Below are positions 13,987-27,529 of a DNA stretch of 64,000 nucleotides, piece after piece. This DNA is from Octopus vulgaris. Its lineage: Eukaryota. The translations under genes and the position numbers were made by a program. The stretch covers positions 165,974,001-166,038,000 of the forward strand of contig OX597817.1 in the NCBI GenBank assembly GCA_951406725.2, written 5' to 3'. A model generated the notes under the pieces. The model saw only the letters and a program-made list of their open reading frames with translations, was not told where the DNA came from and searched no databases. The first letter of the stretch is position 1. Each line of letters begins with the position of its first letter.

Positions 13987-14404
13987 TATTTCTTTACTAC
14001 CCACAAGGTGCTAAGTACAGAGGGAACAGACAAGGACAGACACACGGATTAAGTCGATTACATCGACCCTAGTTCGTCACTGGTACTTAATTTATCGATC
14101 TCGAAAGAATGAAAGGCAAAGTCGACCTCGGCGGAATTTGAACTCAGAACGTAACGACAGACGAAATACGTATTTCTTTACTACCCACAAGGGGCTAAAC
14201 ATAGAGGGGACAAACAAGGACAGACAAACGGATTAAGTCGATTATATCGTCCCCAGTGCGTCATTGGTACTTAATTTATCAACCCCGAAAGGATGAAAGG
14301 CAAAGTCGACCTCGGCGGAATTTGAACTCAGAACGTAACGGCAGACGAAATACGGCTAGGCATTTCGCCCGACGTGATAACGTTTCTCCCAGCTCGCCGC
14401 CTTA
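13987..14404 (-). mobile_element. SINE family C dimer with 19-bp TSD
   Basis: Two ~185-bp units and one head; ttctacctgaacctgtaat at 13968-13986 and 14405-14423. Confidence 0.9.
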
Positions 14405-14750
14405 TTCTACCTGAACCTGTAATGTCTGTATAACACCCTTTTGATTATAGTTTATATTCTAAACAAAAACAAGCATCTATCTACCTCACCCTGTGGTATC
14501 AACAGAACATGCTTTCTATTGTTCTTTATAATACGCCTTCTGAACGAGAATATGTGTTCACCTGAACATGTGATATCCCTAGAACACGCCTCTTGTTGTT
14601 GCTTATGATTTGAAAGAGAACCAGCGTCTGTCTAAATTTATGTTATAAACAGACCACGCCTCCTATTGTTGTTTGTATTCTGAACGAGAACAAGCATCTA
14701 TCTTGAACCTGTGTAGTGTCAATAGAGCACGCCTCCTATTGTTGTGTATG
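14405..14750. repeat. Degenerate ~70-bp tandem repeat (~5 units); inverted unit at ~15450-15520
   Basis: Recurring agaacacgcctcctattgttg / ctgaacgagaa / cctgaacctgt motifs. Confidence 0.6.
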
Positions 14751-15712
14751 TACAACTGCATAAAGGAGATAAGAACATCATGTTATCTATTGCCCAATGA
14801 AAATCGATTATCATTCTCCTGCCGGTTTACCTTGCTGCTATTAGCCTGCACATCAGTCCTACTTCAGCCAACGACGTCGATATCTGTCGCATTATACAAC
14901 TACTCGCCTACGCAGATACGTCAAAATGGACACACAGACACAGCTACACAAATGCCATGCTCTCCTATACAAAACTACAATGGTAAAATTACAATAGCTA
15001 ACCTGTTCGACCAATCAGTATTATCCAAAGCAAAGCTAGAGAAGCGGATTGGCAGAATCCATAGGCCGTCGAACGAAATGTCGTACAGCATAGATAGTTA
15101 CGACTCTTTTCGAACTGAGTTCAAATCCCTCTGAAGTCAATTTTCCCATTCACTTTTCAGGGCTAAGTATTAAGGTCCATTTAAATCTAATAACTTCTCA
15201 CACCGAATTTATGTCATTGTACTTAAAACGGTTTCAAATTTTGACACAAGGCCAGCAATTCCGAGGGAGGTGCAAGTCGATTACGTCGATCCCACTGTTC
15301 AACTGGTACTTATTTTATCGACCCTGAAAGGATAAAAGGCAAAGTCGACCTCAGCGGAATTTGAACTCAGAATGCCGTGAAGCATTTTGCCTGGCGTCAA
15401 CATCGGGAGGAATTTGAACTTTAATCAGATAGTCGAAAGGAATGCCGTTAACATAAACAACAATAAGAGGCGTGTTCTAGACACACCACAGGTTCAGGTA
15501 GACACAATTTTTCGTTCAGCAGGCGTGTCCTAATCATACGAATCTGCCAGCTTGTCGCCTTACATTGTAAATTTGGCACAGGTAAGCGATAGTAGATATT
15601 AAGCTTTTATAATTTAAACGGTGTTTGTCAAGGTGTTTGTCGCGTATATTTATTCTGAGTTCAAATTCTGTAGGTGTAGACTCCGGATTACTTCCCTCTG
15701 GAATGAATGGAT

Positions 15713-16096
15713 GGAAGCACTCCGTCGGTTACGACGATGAGGGTTCCGGTTGATCCGAATCAACGGAACAGCCTGCTCGTGAAATTAACGTGTAAGTGGC
15801 TGAGCACTCCACAGACACGTGCACCCTTAACGTAGTTCTCGGGGATATTCAGCGTGGTCACAGAGAGTGACAAGGCCGGCCCCTTGAAATACAGGTACAA
15901 CAGAAACAGGAAGTAAGAGTGAGAGAAAGTTGTGGTGAAAGAGTACAGCAGGGATCACCACCATCCCCTGCCGGAGCCTTGTGGAGCTTTTAGGTGTTTT
16001 CGCTCAATAAACACTCACAACGCCCGGTCTGGGAATCGAAACCGCGATCCTATGACCGCGAGTCCGCTGCCCTAACCACTGGGCCATTGCGCCTCC
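15713..16096 (-). mobile_element. SINE family A (tRNA-Arg-like head; probably octopus OR-type)
   Basis: Head ggaggcgcaatggcccagtggttagggcagcggacTCGcgg...ggtttcgattcc; TSD ggaatgaat. Confidence 0.9.
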
Positions 16097-16347
16097 ACGG
16101 AATGAATAAAATATATGAAAATATAGCAGCCCTATCAACAGATGCACTATTAGGTCTACAATTACTGTACTGAGATGTACACTACTAACAGTAACTGTAG
16201 AATCCCAATGCTCATTGTCTTACCGGTCCGCCTTATCTGCCTCCATAATCACGAAGCATCATGCCTGGCGTGCTAACGATTTTGCCAATTCGCCGATTTA
16301 CCGTGTAGTAATAGTACGATTATTTATTTGCAATACGATGTTGTTGT

Positions 16348-16745
16348 AAGGCGGAGAGTTGGCAGAAACGTTAGCACGCCGGGCGAAATGCGTAGCCGTA
16401 TTTCGTCTGCCGTTACGTTCTGAGTTCAAATTCCGCCGAGGTCGACTTTGCCTGTCATCCTTTCGGGGTCGATAAATTAAGTACTAGTTACGCACTGGGG
16501 TTGATGTAATCGACTTAATCCGTTTGTCTGTCCTTGTTTGTCCTCTCTATGTTTAGCCCCTTGTGGGGAGTAAAGAAATAGGTATTTCGTCTGCCGCTAC
16601 TTTCTGAGTTCAAATTCCACCGAAGTCGACTTTACCTTTTATCCTTTCGGGGTCTATAAAATAGGTACCGGTTGAATACTGGGGTCAATGTTAATGACGT
16701 GTCCCCTCTCCTAAATTTTCAGGTCTTAGGTCTATAATAGAAAGG
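16348..16745 (+). mobile_element. SINE family C, 1.6-unit tandem
   Basis: Head aaggcggagagttggcagaaacg; repeated tatttcgtctgccg...ctgagttcaaattcc. Confidence 0.85.
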
Positions 16746-17329
16746 ACTCTCATTGTTGCTGTTGTTGATGTTGTTGTTGTGGTGATGATGGTGGTGGTAG
16801 TAATGGAGAAATGTAACTATTTTCGACGTTATCATAATTGTCATTGAATAGATCACAAAATAATCAATTTTATGAATGAAACCGTGTACACTGCTAGGAA
16901 AGATCTAGATAGCTTCTGATTGGTCAGAAAATAAATTCATAGTCAATGAGAAGGTGAGAAGGCAAGCTAAGCTTCACAAGCTAAGCCAGTGTTTGCAGGT
17001 GAATGTGGTTTATTCGATTAAGGAGTTTCCTATGACATTAGCATTGTCATTAGTATATGTCACCTGTCCAGCATAAGACCTGATGTGATGTTAGTGGAAG
17101 GGAGTTGTGGAATGCAAGGAGGGATAGTAATAAGTAGAGAGGAAGATGTAAAGGGAGAAAAGACGAGAGGGGTGGGCTTGCGGGATACGTACAGAGTGTG
17201 GTACAGGTTGTAGCATGTGAGATGGTTGGATATGTGCGTAGTGGGATAGATAGGCAGACACATAGATAGATAGATAGATAGACATACATACAGACACATA
17301 GATAAATAGATAGACATACAGACACCTAG

Positions 17330-18465
<1,136 letters not shown>

Positions 18466-18571
18466 CGAGGGGGAAGAAAGGCTATAAGACACATGCAGGC
18501 TAGTGGTCGTATAACTCTTCTCTGTAAGGAATTGTTTCAATTCATTTTGTCCTTCCACTGCCGTCTTTGGT

Positions 18572-18820
18572 GGAGGCGCGTGGCTTAGTGGTTAGGTTGT
18601 CAGCATCATGATCGTAAGATTGTGGTTTCGATTCCTGGCCCCGGAGACGCGTTGTGTTCTTGAGCAAAACACTTCATTTCACGTTGCTCCAGTCCCCTCA
18701 GCTGGCAAAAATGAGTAACGCTGCGATGGACTGGCGTCCCGTCCAGCTGGGGAACACATACGCCATTGAAACCGTGAAACCGGGCCCATGAGCCTGGCTA
18801 GGCTTTAAAAGGGCGCATTT
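18572..18820 (+). mobile_element. SINE family D (tRNA head, CORE-like cttgagcaaaacact domain, gctgcgatggactggcgtcccgtccag tail)
   Basis: A box tggcttagtgg, B box ggtttcgattcc; tail resembles V-SINE-type sequence. Confidence 0.8.
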
Positions 18821-19287
18821 ATTATTTTTTTTTACTACCTTCTTTATCACCTCTTACCTCCTACAAAACAAAACTAGCAGTCATTTGATGAACGTTTCTA
18901 TTACTGTCGCTATCATTGAGGCAACTCCGATAGTTTCATGAATGGTGGCAATGAACTCAGGCATAGTTTATAGGCACAGACATGACTGTGTGACTAAGAA
19001 GCAGGCTTTGCCACCACTTGGTCTCGTGTTCAGTTCCACTGTGCGCCACCTTGAGCAACTGTATTCTATTATATCTCCGGGCCGACCAATGATTTCTGAC
19101 TGATATGGTATGCGGAAACTCTATGGAAGCCTGACATTCATATATATTTATATATGTGTGTGTGTGTGTGTTTTGTTTTTCACACATTGTGTAAGTTGAA
19201 CTATGTAAAATGTTTGAGAAAGAAATTAGCTGTTGCTTGCCATAGATACATCTATATTCAAATTTTTTCATAGTCCCTTAATATACC

Positions 19288-19930
19288 ACTTGTTCTCAGG
19301 AGTTCACAACCATTTTTTTTTATCTATGGGCCCTCCTTGATTACAACTTTATAGCAGGTATTTAAAGGGAAAAAAATTTGAGAAGTCAGTCAGTCGCCCA
19401 CTGACATTCGTTGACGCTACATCGAAGAGGCCAGGGAACAGAAGAAAGAAGAAGAAAGAAGACATGCACCCAACACCAGAGCTGAAGACACCTCCGAAAG
19501 GGGGGGGGGGTACGTCAAAACGGTAGAGGAGTAGGGGCCGAAACCGGACGTGGTTCCTCCTGATGATGTCTTGAGCTAACTGGATCTTATAAAGGAGCTG
19601 TTGTAGTAGCAGACTACGAAACACGGTTGAAATTCCTGGTGGACCCCAATGGCTATTCGATGTTAAAATACTAGTTTTATAGAAACTTCTTTCAAAACTC
19701 CCATTTTGTTTTTCACGCATTAACTTCTGTGGATTAAATTATATAAAATGTTAAAGAAAGAAACCTTGCTATTTCTTGCAATATATACCAATACATAGAT
19801 CTAAAGCAAATTTTTTCAGTGGCCCTTAAAATATTATTGTGGATCCTCAACTTATTATTTTGTTGCGTGGACACCCAAAAATCTTATATAGACCCTCAGA
19901 TATCATATGAATCCCGGTTGAGAACCACTG
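19288..19930. mobile_element. Decayed hAT/Charlie-like MITE containing a ~280-bp insertion (19340-19620)
   Basis: Right end reads CAGTGGTTCTCAACC on the minus strand; left end cacttgttctca; related pieces at 35322-35540 and 40987-41278. Confidence 0.5.
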
Positions 19931-20029
19931 GTCTAAAGTGTTTTTTGTCCTTCTTAATTTCTAAATTCTTCCGATGTGTAAATTCTTCCAATGTCTGGAC
20001 GTATGTGTAATAAACGAAAGAAGAGGTGT

Positions 20030-20316
20030 ATGATGCAGGTGGAGGGGAAAGAAATAAGTGAAGGGAGATACATATGGAGAGGAGGAGAAGAAGAGTGAGA
20101 GAGGAAGAGAGAGAGAGAAAATATAGGAAGGAGGAGTGGGAGAAGGAGAGAGGGAGAGAGAGTGAATGACAGAAAGGCAAAATAAAATGGCGTTATTGAA
20201 GGAGTCTGGAAAGTGCTAAGATCAGCGAAAATATATAAAGATAGGAAGAAAGATAGGAGACGCACTATCGCCGACAGATAGAAGGATAGACAGAAGAATA
20301 GAGAAAGGAGTGAGAA

Positions 20317-20362
<46 letters not shown>

Positions 20363-20474
20363 GGGGGATAAGGAAGCAAGAGAAACAAAGGAGGAGTGAA
20401 AGCGTAAGAGTTATATTAACAGAAAATGCGTCACTGCTGACAGACGAGTCGAAGTATAGAGAAAAGAAAGAGAA

Positions 20475-20505
<31 letters not shown>

Positions 20506-20669
20506 GGGTGGAGAAAGAGAGAGAGAGAGAGAGAAAGAGAGATTGAGAAAGAGGGAGAAAAAGACGGAGAGTGTGTGTGACGAACAGATAAATATAAAGA
20601 GACAGATAAATATATAAAGATTGCGGGAGCAATGCGGGTGTGAATGTGTGTGTGTGTGTGTATGTGTAT

Positions 20670-20700
<31 letters not shown>

Positions 20701-20950
20701 CGCACGTGCAGTGAGAGAAACTGAAAGAGAAAGAGAAGAAAATGAAAGAAAGGAGAAAAAGAAAGATGGAAAAAATGGAAGACAAAAATGCAGAGAGAGT
20801 AACTGATGAATTGTATGTGTGTGTGTGAGAGAGAGAGAGAGAGATGTAGAGGGAGAGAGTGATGTAGAGGGAGAGAGAGATGTAGAGGGAGAGAGAGGAG
20901 GCAGTGTGTGAGCAACAGAGGACAAAGGAGAACGAGATCGAGAACGGAGA
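20030..20950. repeat. Purine-rich (GA)n low-complexity tract
   Basis: Direct reading. Confidence 0.9.
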
Positions 20951-21380
20951 AACATTGAGTCTGTCGCTCAGTGAGCCATGTTCCTTTTTTTATTTCTTTG
21001 TCTCAAATTGGTCGTTATACGAAGTGATAACATTTACAATGTTATTTTGTTTCTATATTATGTATTTAGGATATATCATGTTCTTTTGTTCTTTTGATGT
21101 CAGTTTATATATATATGAAATATATTCAAGATAAATATTGTGAGAGAAAACGTAAATATTGTTGTTTCATTGTTGACATGACTAGACTTAATGACATCAT
21201 AAATCTAGTTTTATAAAACAACTTTGTAGATTTTTCGTTGTAAATTGTCCGGGGAAGTGAGTTGGGTGTACGGGCTTGGATATGACTGTGTGGTTAAAAA
21301 TTTTGGTTTAAAAACACGTCGTTCAGGTTTCGATACTACTTTGGGAGGGAGGTATTTTGGTCAAATGTCTTCAACTATAG

Positions 21381-21528
21381 TAGGTATGGGCAATCTTTTT
21401 CGAGAAGCGGGCCTCATACGGTATGGCTCATTATCAGGTAGGCCGCACTAGTAAAATTAAAAATTCCAGGAATTTTCGTTAGGCGCGCCATTCAGAAAGT
21501 TTCACGGGTTGCAGTTTGCCCATAACTG
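21381..21528. mobile_element. Small hAT-like MITE
   Basis: TIRs aggtatgggcaa / ttgcccataact. Confidence 0.55.
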
Positions 21529-21579
21529 TATTACAGCTTCGAATTGACCAAAGACTTCAGAATGAGATTTGATAGAGAG

Positions 21580-22097
21580 TGTTATATAAGGTGTGTTAAA
21601 TATTGAGAAGTAAGCGCCCAACAACCTAGCATAGCTGATACGAGAGCTTAAAGTGATAGAAATTAAATATTGGTTTCAACTTTTGGTACAAGGCCAAGAA
21701 TTTCAGAGGAGGGGTACAAGTCGATTACAACGCTCCCAGTGCTCAAACTGGTACTTATTTTATTGATCCCAAAAGGATGAAAGGCAAAGTCGACCACGGC
21801 AGAATTTGAACTCAGAACGTTAAGACGATTAAAATGCCGCGTGGTATTTTGCTCGGCGTGCTAACGATTTTGCCAGCTCACGGCCTTAGATAAATTAAAT
21901 ATTGAAAGGTAATCTTTATATCCAAATCAACGTGGATGCTTTGTTAGAACACCGAACACTGCAGTATTAGCCTTGAGAGATCCTTTCAGACAGCCATGTT
22001 AAGTTGCATATAAAGATTACATTAATAGAAGAATTATTATTTCTAAATCTTTCAACGGGAGACACTCAGTAACGGTACTTTAAAATAAAGATTATTT
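21580..22097. repeat. ~520-bp segment present in inverted orientation at 26105-26623 (contains a SINE C copy)
   Basis: Reverse-complement identity covers unique flanks as well as the SINE. Confidence 0.9.
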
Positions 22098-22228
22098 TGT
22101 GTGTGAGAGAGAGAGAATGTGTGTGTGCATGTAAGATAGATTTATTGGTGCATTGAATAAAAACACCTTGTCATGTGTTACGTACGGGTAACGCGTCTTT
22201 ATGACGAAGGCAATTTTGTCGATATAAC

Positions 22229-22531
22229 GTCACCCATTTCATGACTAGCCAGGCTCATGGGCCCAGTTTCCCGGTTTCTGTGACGTATGTGTTGCCCCCA
22301 AATGGACGGGGCCCCAGTCCATCGCAGCGTTACTCAAGAAACAGGAAGAGAGAGTGAGGGATAGTTGTGGCCAAAGAGTACAACAGGGGCCGCCACCACC
22401 CCCTGTCGGAGCCTCGTGGAGCTTTTAGGTGTTTTCGCTCAATAAACACACACAACGCCCGGTCTGGTAATCGAAACCACGATCCTCCAACCGCGAGTCC
22501 GCTGCCCTAACCACTAGGCCATTGCGCCTCC
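22229..22531 (-). mobile_element. Chimeric SINE: family A head/body with family D tail, 13-bp TSD
   Basis: TSD tttgtcgatataa on both sides; switch at ...cctgtttc|ttgagtaacgctgcgatggactgg. Confidence 0.85.
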
Positions 22532-22799
22532 ACGCTTTGTCGATATAATTAACTAAAATTAAATTAAACTAAACTAAATCTTTAACACCTCTACTCAAAA
22601 AACTTGTAAAAGAATAAAATGCATAGCTATTCGGTCACAATCACTACCATAAGCTGAACTTATGTTATAATGACATTAAAATTTTAGACAAAAATATGCA
22701 GTGACCCTATATTATCATAGAAGTGGTGTTTGAACTTGTGCGGAACAGCATTCAAACCGAATCACGTTTTTCTTTGTTAATTGTGCTATTGAATTCATT

Positions 22800-23345
22800 A
22801 TTTCGTTACTACCCACAAGGGGCTAAACACAGAGGGGACAAACAAGGACAGAGAAGGTGATTTAGTCGATTACATCGACCCCAGTGCGTAACTGGTACTT
22901 ATTTTGTTAATTGTGCTATTGAATTAATTATTTCGTTATTACCCACAAGGGGATAAATACAGAGAGGACAAACAAGGACAGATAAACGGATGAAGTCGAT
23001 TATATCGACCCCAGTGCGTAACTGGTACTTATTTTATCGCCCCGAAAGGATGAAAGGCAAAGTCGACTTCGGCGGAATTTGAACTCAGAACGTAACGGCA
23101 GACGAAATACCTATTTCTTTATTACCCACAAGGGGCTAAACACAGAGGGGACAAACAAGGACAGACAAGGTGATTTAGTCGATTACATCGACCCCAGTGC
23201 GTAACTGGTACTTATTTTATCGATCCTGACAGGATGAAAGGCAAAGTGACCACGGTGGGATTTGAAATCATAAGATAAAGATGAACAAAATAGTGCTAAG
23301 TATTTTGCCCGGCTGTGCTAGCGATTCAGGCAGCTCGCCGCCTTA
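22800..23345 (-). mobile_element. SINE family C multimer (~3 units)
   Basis: Three acccacaagggg...gaccccagtgcgtaactgg units. Confidence 0.85.
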
Positions 23346-23394
23346 AAAGCAAGTATGTTACCATTACATATTATATGACACACAAACGCCTACA

Positions 23395-24475
23395 CTTACA
23401 TCCAGAGAAGAGTTTCTCAACTGACTGGCTTTAAATCACTATATTCGTATTCTAGACTCTGGTCCAAACGTGTGCTATCTCCTCTCTTTGTCCTTTCTAT
23501 CTCAACTGTTCCTCTAAGTTGGCTGGCCTTGTACATCCTGTACACAGTGCCCCACAACACTTTCCAAAGCTGAAGTGAGGATCACAAAAGTGCACTGCGT
23601 CCTATTCTTGACTGCAGCTAGAGGACCTTTCGACTGATTGATACTAAACCATTCAAAGGCATTCTTCCATTGCCTCTAACACATTGGCGTACCGTAAATC
23701 CTCGAGTATAGTCCGCCCTTGAGTATAATACGTATGGGATTTTTAGGGGGCTGTACCTCTGAAAAACCTAAACCTTGTGTATAATACGCACCACTTCTCT
23801 AACTTGAGTTTTGCGTAATTAAGCCTGCGGCACTTAGTCGAACAAACACTTCCGCGCATGCGTAATACAATAATGGTGTTGTTCTTAACTGTTATATGGG
23901 AATGTAAATATGTTTGCTAATTGTTTTCGTTACATGTTATTCTGTGTTCTGAATACTTTTATTTTAATAAATATTTCTTACTGCAAGTTATGGATGATTC
24001 TTTTATGACTTCATTGCTTTTAGGCTTAGCTTTAGGTATTTTCGCGCCTGACATCAAAAAATGCGTCTGAATAAACATTGCTGGACAGCAAATAGAGACT
24101 CGGACATTGCTTAGAAAATATTTTTCATTTTTAACCTCGTATATAATACGCACTAGGGATTTTGACCTTTAAATTTAGGGGGAAAATGCGGATTATACTC
24201 GAGGATTTACGCTAGTTTATTTCCTCTCAATATTTCTTTTCTCGTGCAACAATAATGACCATTGTTTCTCTGATCCTGCTGTGCTCGCAACCTTTCCAAG
24301 CACCCCTGATCCATTCGTCTCTCCATCACCAGTGTTGCATCTGCCTTCCAGGCCTCGTACTAACCATCTATATCCAGTCCTTCCTTTTAATACGTCATCC
24401 CTCAGGAAACTCCTTCCTACTCATATCTTTTTTGCAGGTATTGCTCTACATTTTAAATGGAATGTTATCGGTATA
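23395..24475 (+). pseudogene. Decayed LINE 3' fragment(s), interrupted by a MITE
   Basis: PRPRTNH...LPTHIF..F.WNV resembles the 3600-3975 fragment. Confidence 0.4.
23690..24214. mobile_element. Tc1/mariner-pogo-type MITE, TA-flanked
   Basis: TIR TACCGTAAATCCTCGAGTATA / TATACTCGAGGATTTACGCTA. Confidence 0.88.
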
Positions 24476-24925
24476 AAGCATACTGAATCCGGTAGGTCTG
24501 TAAGGTACTATTCCCTCCTCTAGACTCAACAAGAAAAATCAAAGAAAAATATAATGAAGATGAGAACCAAAGTTAAGCTTTTTTAATTTCAACTCAGAAA
24601 TTAAAATGATATCACATTGCTGCTTATACCAAATGATATCTACTTCCCGTTAAACGTTTCAGTCTAACCCTAAGCTTACTCTAGCAGAATCTACTTTGTT
24701 ACAAAACTTAGGATCCGATGTCCAGATTGGGTTTAACCTCCTTTCTTCCATCCTGGCTCAATGGTCCTCAAAAAGGTTAGGGAAGACGTCCATCCACCTC
24801 TGACTACGCTATGGATCAACATACATACATACATACATACATACATACATACATACATACATACATACATACATACATGCATGCATGCATGCATGCATGC
24901 ATACATACATACATACATACATACA

Positions 24926-24957
<32 letters not shown>

Positions 24958-25863
24958 AGAATATTCAAATTCAGGGACTGAAATGTGAAATTGTGGCGTT
25001 GTATATTGACGTTATTCTCTATTGCCACTATGTTGCTGTTATTTATAAAGGAACTGGCAATATGAGAAAGAACAGGTCTATAAACTACTGTCTTAGAATC
25101 TCTGCAAGCGATCTTGAGCTTCCATCACTGAGACGCTCCCGAGGTTTTACAAAGCTTCAACCAGAGAACGACTTTTCGACCAATTGGCATTAAATCCGTC
25201 CTAAGTATCTTCTGATCTCTGACTCTTAAGGTGCTGTGTCTCTTCTCTCCGCATTTTCTATTGCTACTATTACAGAGGTATCAGTCTTGACAGAGATGAA
25301 GTGTGAAGTTGTGGCGTTGAATATTGCCACCAGTCTCTGTTTCTCATATTTCTAAAAGAAGTGGTAAATGAATAGAATCTAATTGTCTAACCAATATGTT
25401 GAATGAGAAGCCCATCGAATATCAACATGTTTGAGAGTGCGTTGAAAGATAAAAAAGAAATCTTGATTAATTACTTAATCCGTCTCACAAATTCATTGTC
25501 GAACTCTGAAACAGATCTTGCATCATGAGCATTTCATCTCGACTCTGCATGCAGCTCTTTAACTCCAGATCATTTCGGTTAGGCATTTATTTGGCAGACA
25601 TAAAAAATGACTATGCTTAAATGAAAAGGTCTCATAAGACAGAAACATGACTGGAGTTGTCAACGTCTTCACCAAAGCCTAGACTATTTCCAATTATAAT
25701 TTATTAATACTGATATGCCTCAGCTTATTTCAATACATAAAAAAAGCATTCATATATTTTGAGCTATAACTATTGACGATCTTTCTTTCAATTAAGCACT
25801 GTTCAACGTGCAGAAGACGTCCTTGAAAATTGTTCAACAATATTTAAAGCGAAGGAATGTAAG

Positions 25864-26124
25864 CTTTAAAATAAAGATTATTTGTCAACATAATGTGGCA
25901 GTCCCGGTTGGTACGAATGTTACTGTTCTTTAGCCCCAGCAAACATCGTCTCCAGCTGGCTATATGACTCACTATCTGTGTATAAAATATATTTGTTCGA
26001 AAAAACAAGGACACAGATAGTGTGTATAGCCAGCTGGAGACGATGTTTCCTGGGGTTAAATAACAGTAACATTCGTACCAACCGGGACTGCTACATTATG
26101 TTGGAAATAATCTTTATTTTAAAG
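25864..26124. repeat. Fold-back: ~115-bp imperfect arms, ~30-nt loop
   Basis: ctttaaaataaagattatt...cactatctgtgt versus acacagatagtg...aataatctttattttaaag. Confidence 0.92.
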
Positions 26125-27130
26125 TACCGTTACTGAGTGTCTCTCGTTGAAAGATTTAGAAATAATAATTCTTCTATTAATGTAATCTTTATATGCAACT
26201 TAACATGGCTGTCTGAAAAGATCTCTCAAAGCTAATACTGCAGTGTTCGGTGTTCTAACAAAGCATCCACGTTGATTTGGATATAAAGATTACCTTTCAA
26301 TATTTAATTTATCTAAGGCCGTGAGCTGGCAAAATCGTTAGCACGCCGAGCAAAATACCACGCGGCATTTTAATCGTCTTTACGTTCTGAGTTCAAATTC
26401 TGCCGTGGTCGACTTTGCCTTTCATCCTTTTGGGGTCAATAAAATAAGTACCAGTTGAGCACTGGAAGCGTTGTAATCGACTTGACCCCCTCCCCTGAAA
26501 TTCTTGGCCCTTGTACCAAAAGTTGAAACCAATATTTAATTTCTCTCACTTTAAGCTCTCGTATCAGCTATGCTAGGTTGTTGGGCGCTCTACTTCTCAA
26601 TATTTAATACACCTTATATAACATACATCCTATAATGAATATAGTTATGTATCCTACACTGTGAAGCAAACGTCATGTAAAAAAACGTTATCTAACTGCC
26701 ATTTGCTCAAACTTCTAAAGCGTTGACTAATAAAGGCATTAAATTTTCAAATTTTTTTTTTTTTTTTTCACATTTTCGAGTAAGTTTGTGTTTGGCAAGT
26801 AACCTGATATCGGATTATCATTTGCTGAAGTCGAAAGAATTGCAGCATAGTAGGGCTGGTTCAAACAAACTCATGGCTGTGTGGTTAAGAAATGCAATTC
26901 GAAACTACGTTGCTACGAGTTCAGACTCACTGCTCTACACCTTGTTGAGCAAGTGTTTTCAACAGGCCGATTGAATTTGGAAGACAGAAACTGCGTGCTG
27001 CGATATTTCGTCAGCCGTTACGTTTGAGTTCAGTCACTTGCCATCCCGGGGTCGATATAGTACCAGCTACGCCTGGGGTCGATATAATGATTTAATCCTG
27101 TCGTCCTTTGTCCTACCTATGGAGTAAAAA

Positions 27131-27164
<34 letters not shown>

Positions 27165-27169
27165 TATCG

Positions 27170-27392
27170 CCGTGATCGTGACGACAGCTATCAGCTGATA
27201 CATCACTGGTCACAATGGCTACATTGTTTAGCCTTCAAATGGCGCCACCCCGCTGGCTATGCAGGCCAAGAGAAGAAGAGAGAAAGGAGAAAGCAGCAGG
27301 GATCGCCACACCCCGCGGAGCCGTGAGCTTGATGCTTTCGCTCAATAAACACTACAACCCGGTAACGAACCGCGATCCCACCACGACCGCGG
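27170..27392 (-). mobile_element. Deletion-riddled SINE A head with a different tail
   Basis: ttcgctcaataaacact and accgcgatcc remnants. Confidence 0.55.
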
Positions 27393-27444
<52 letters not shown>

Positions 27445-27529
27445 GGTAATACAATAAAAGAATGAAAGATACCATGATATTATGTAAATAGAGGAATTTA
27501 TCTTTAAATGACAATTATTCAGGTGCCAT

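Noticed and set aside
25330-25860. Mariner transposase remnants (also 49390-49780 and 6860-7280)
   Set aside because: Only faint motif resemblance across multiple frameshifts; not supportable without a profile search
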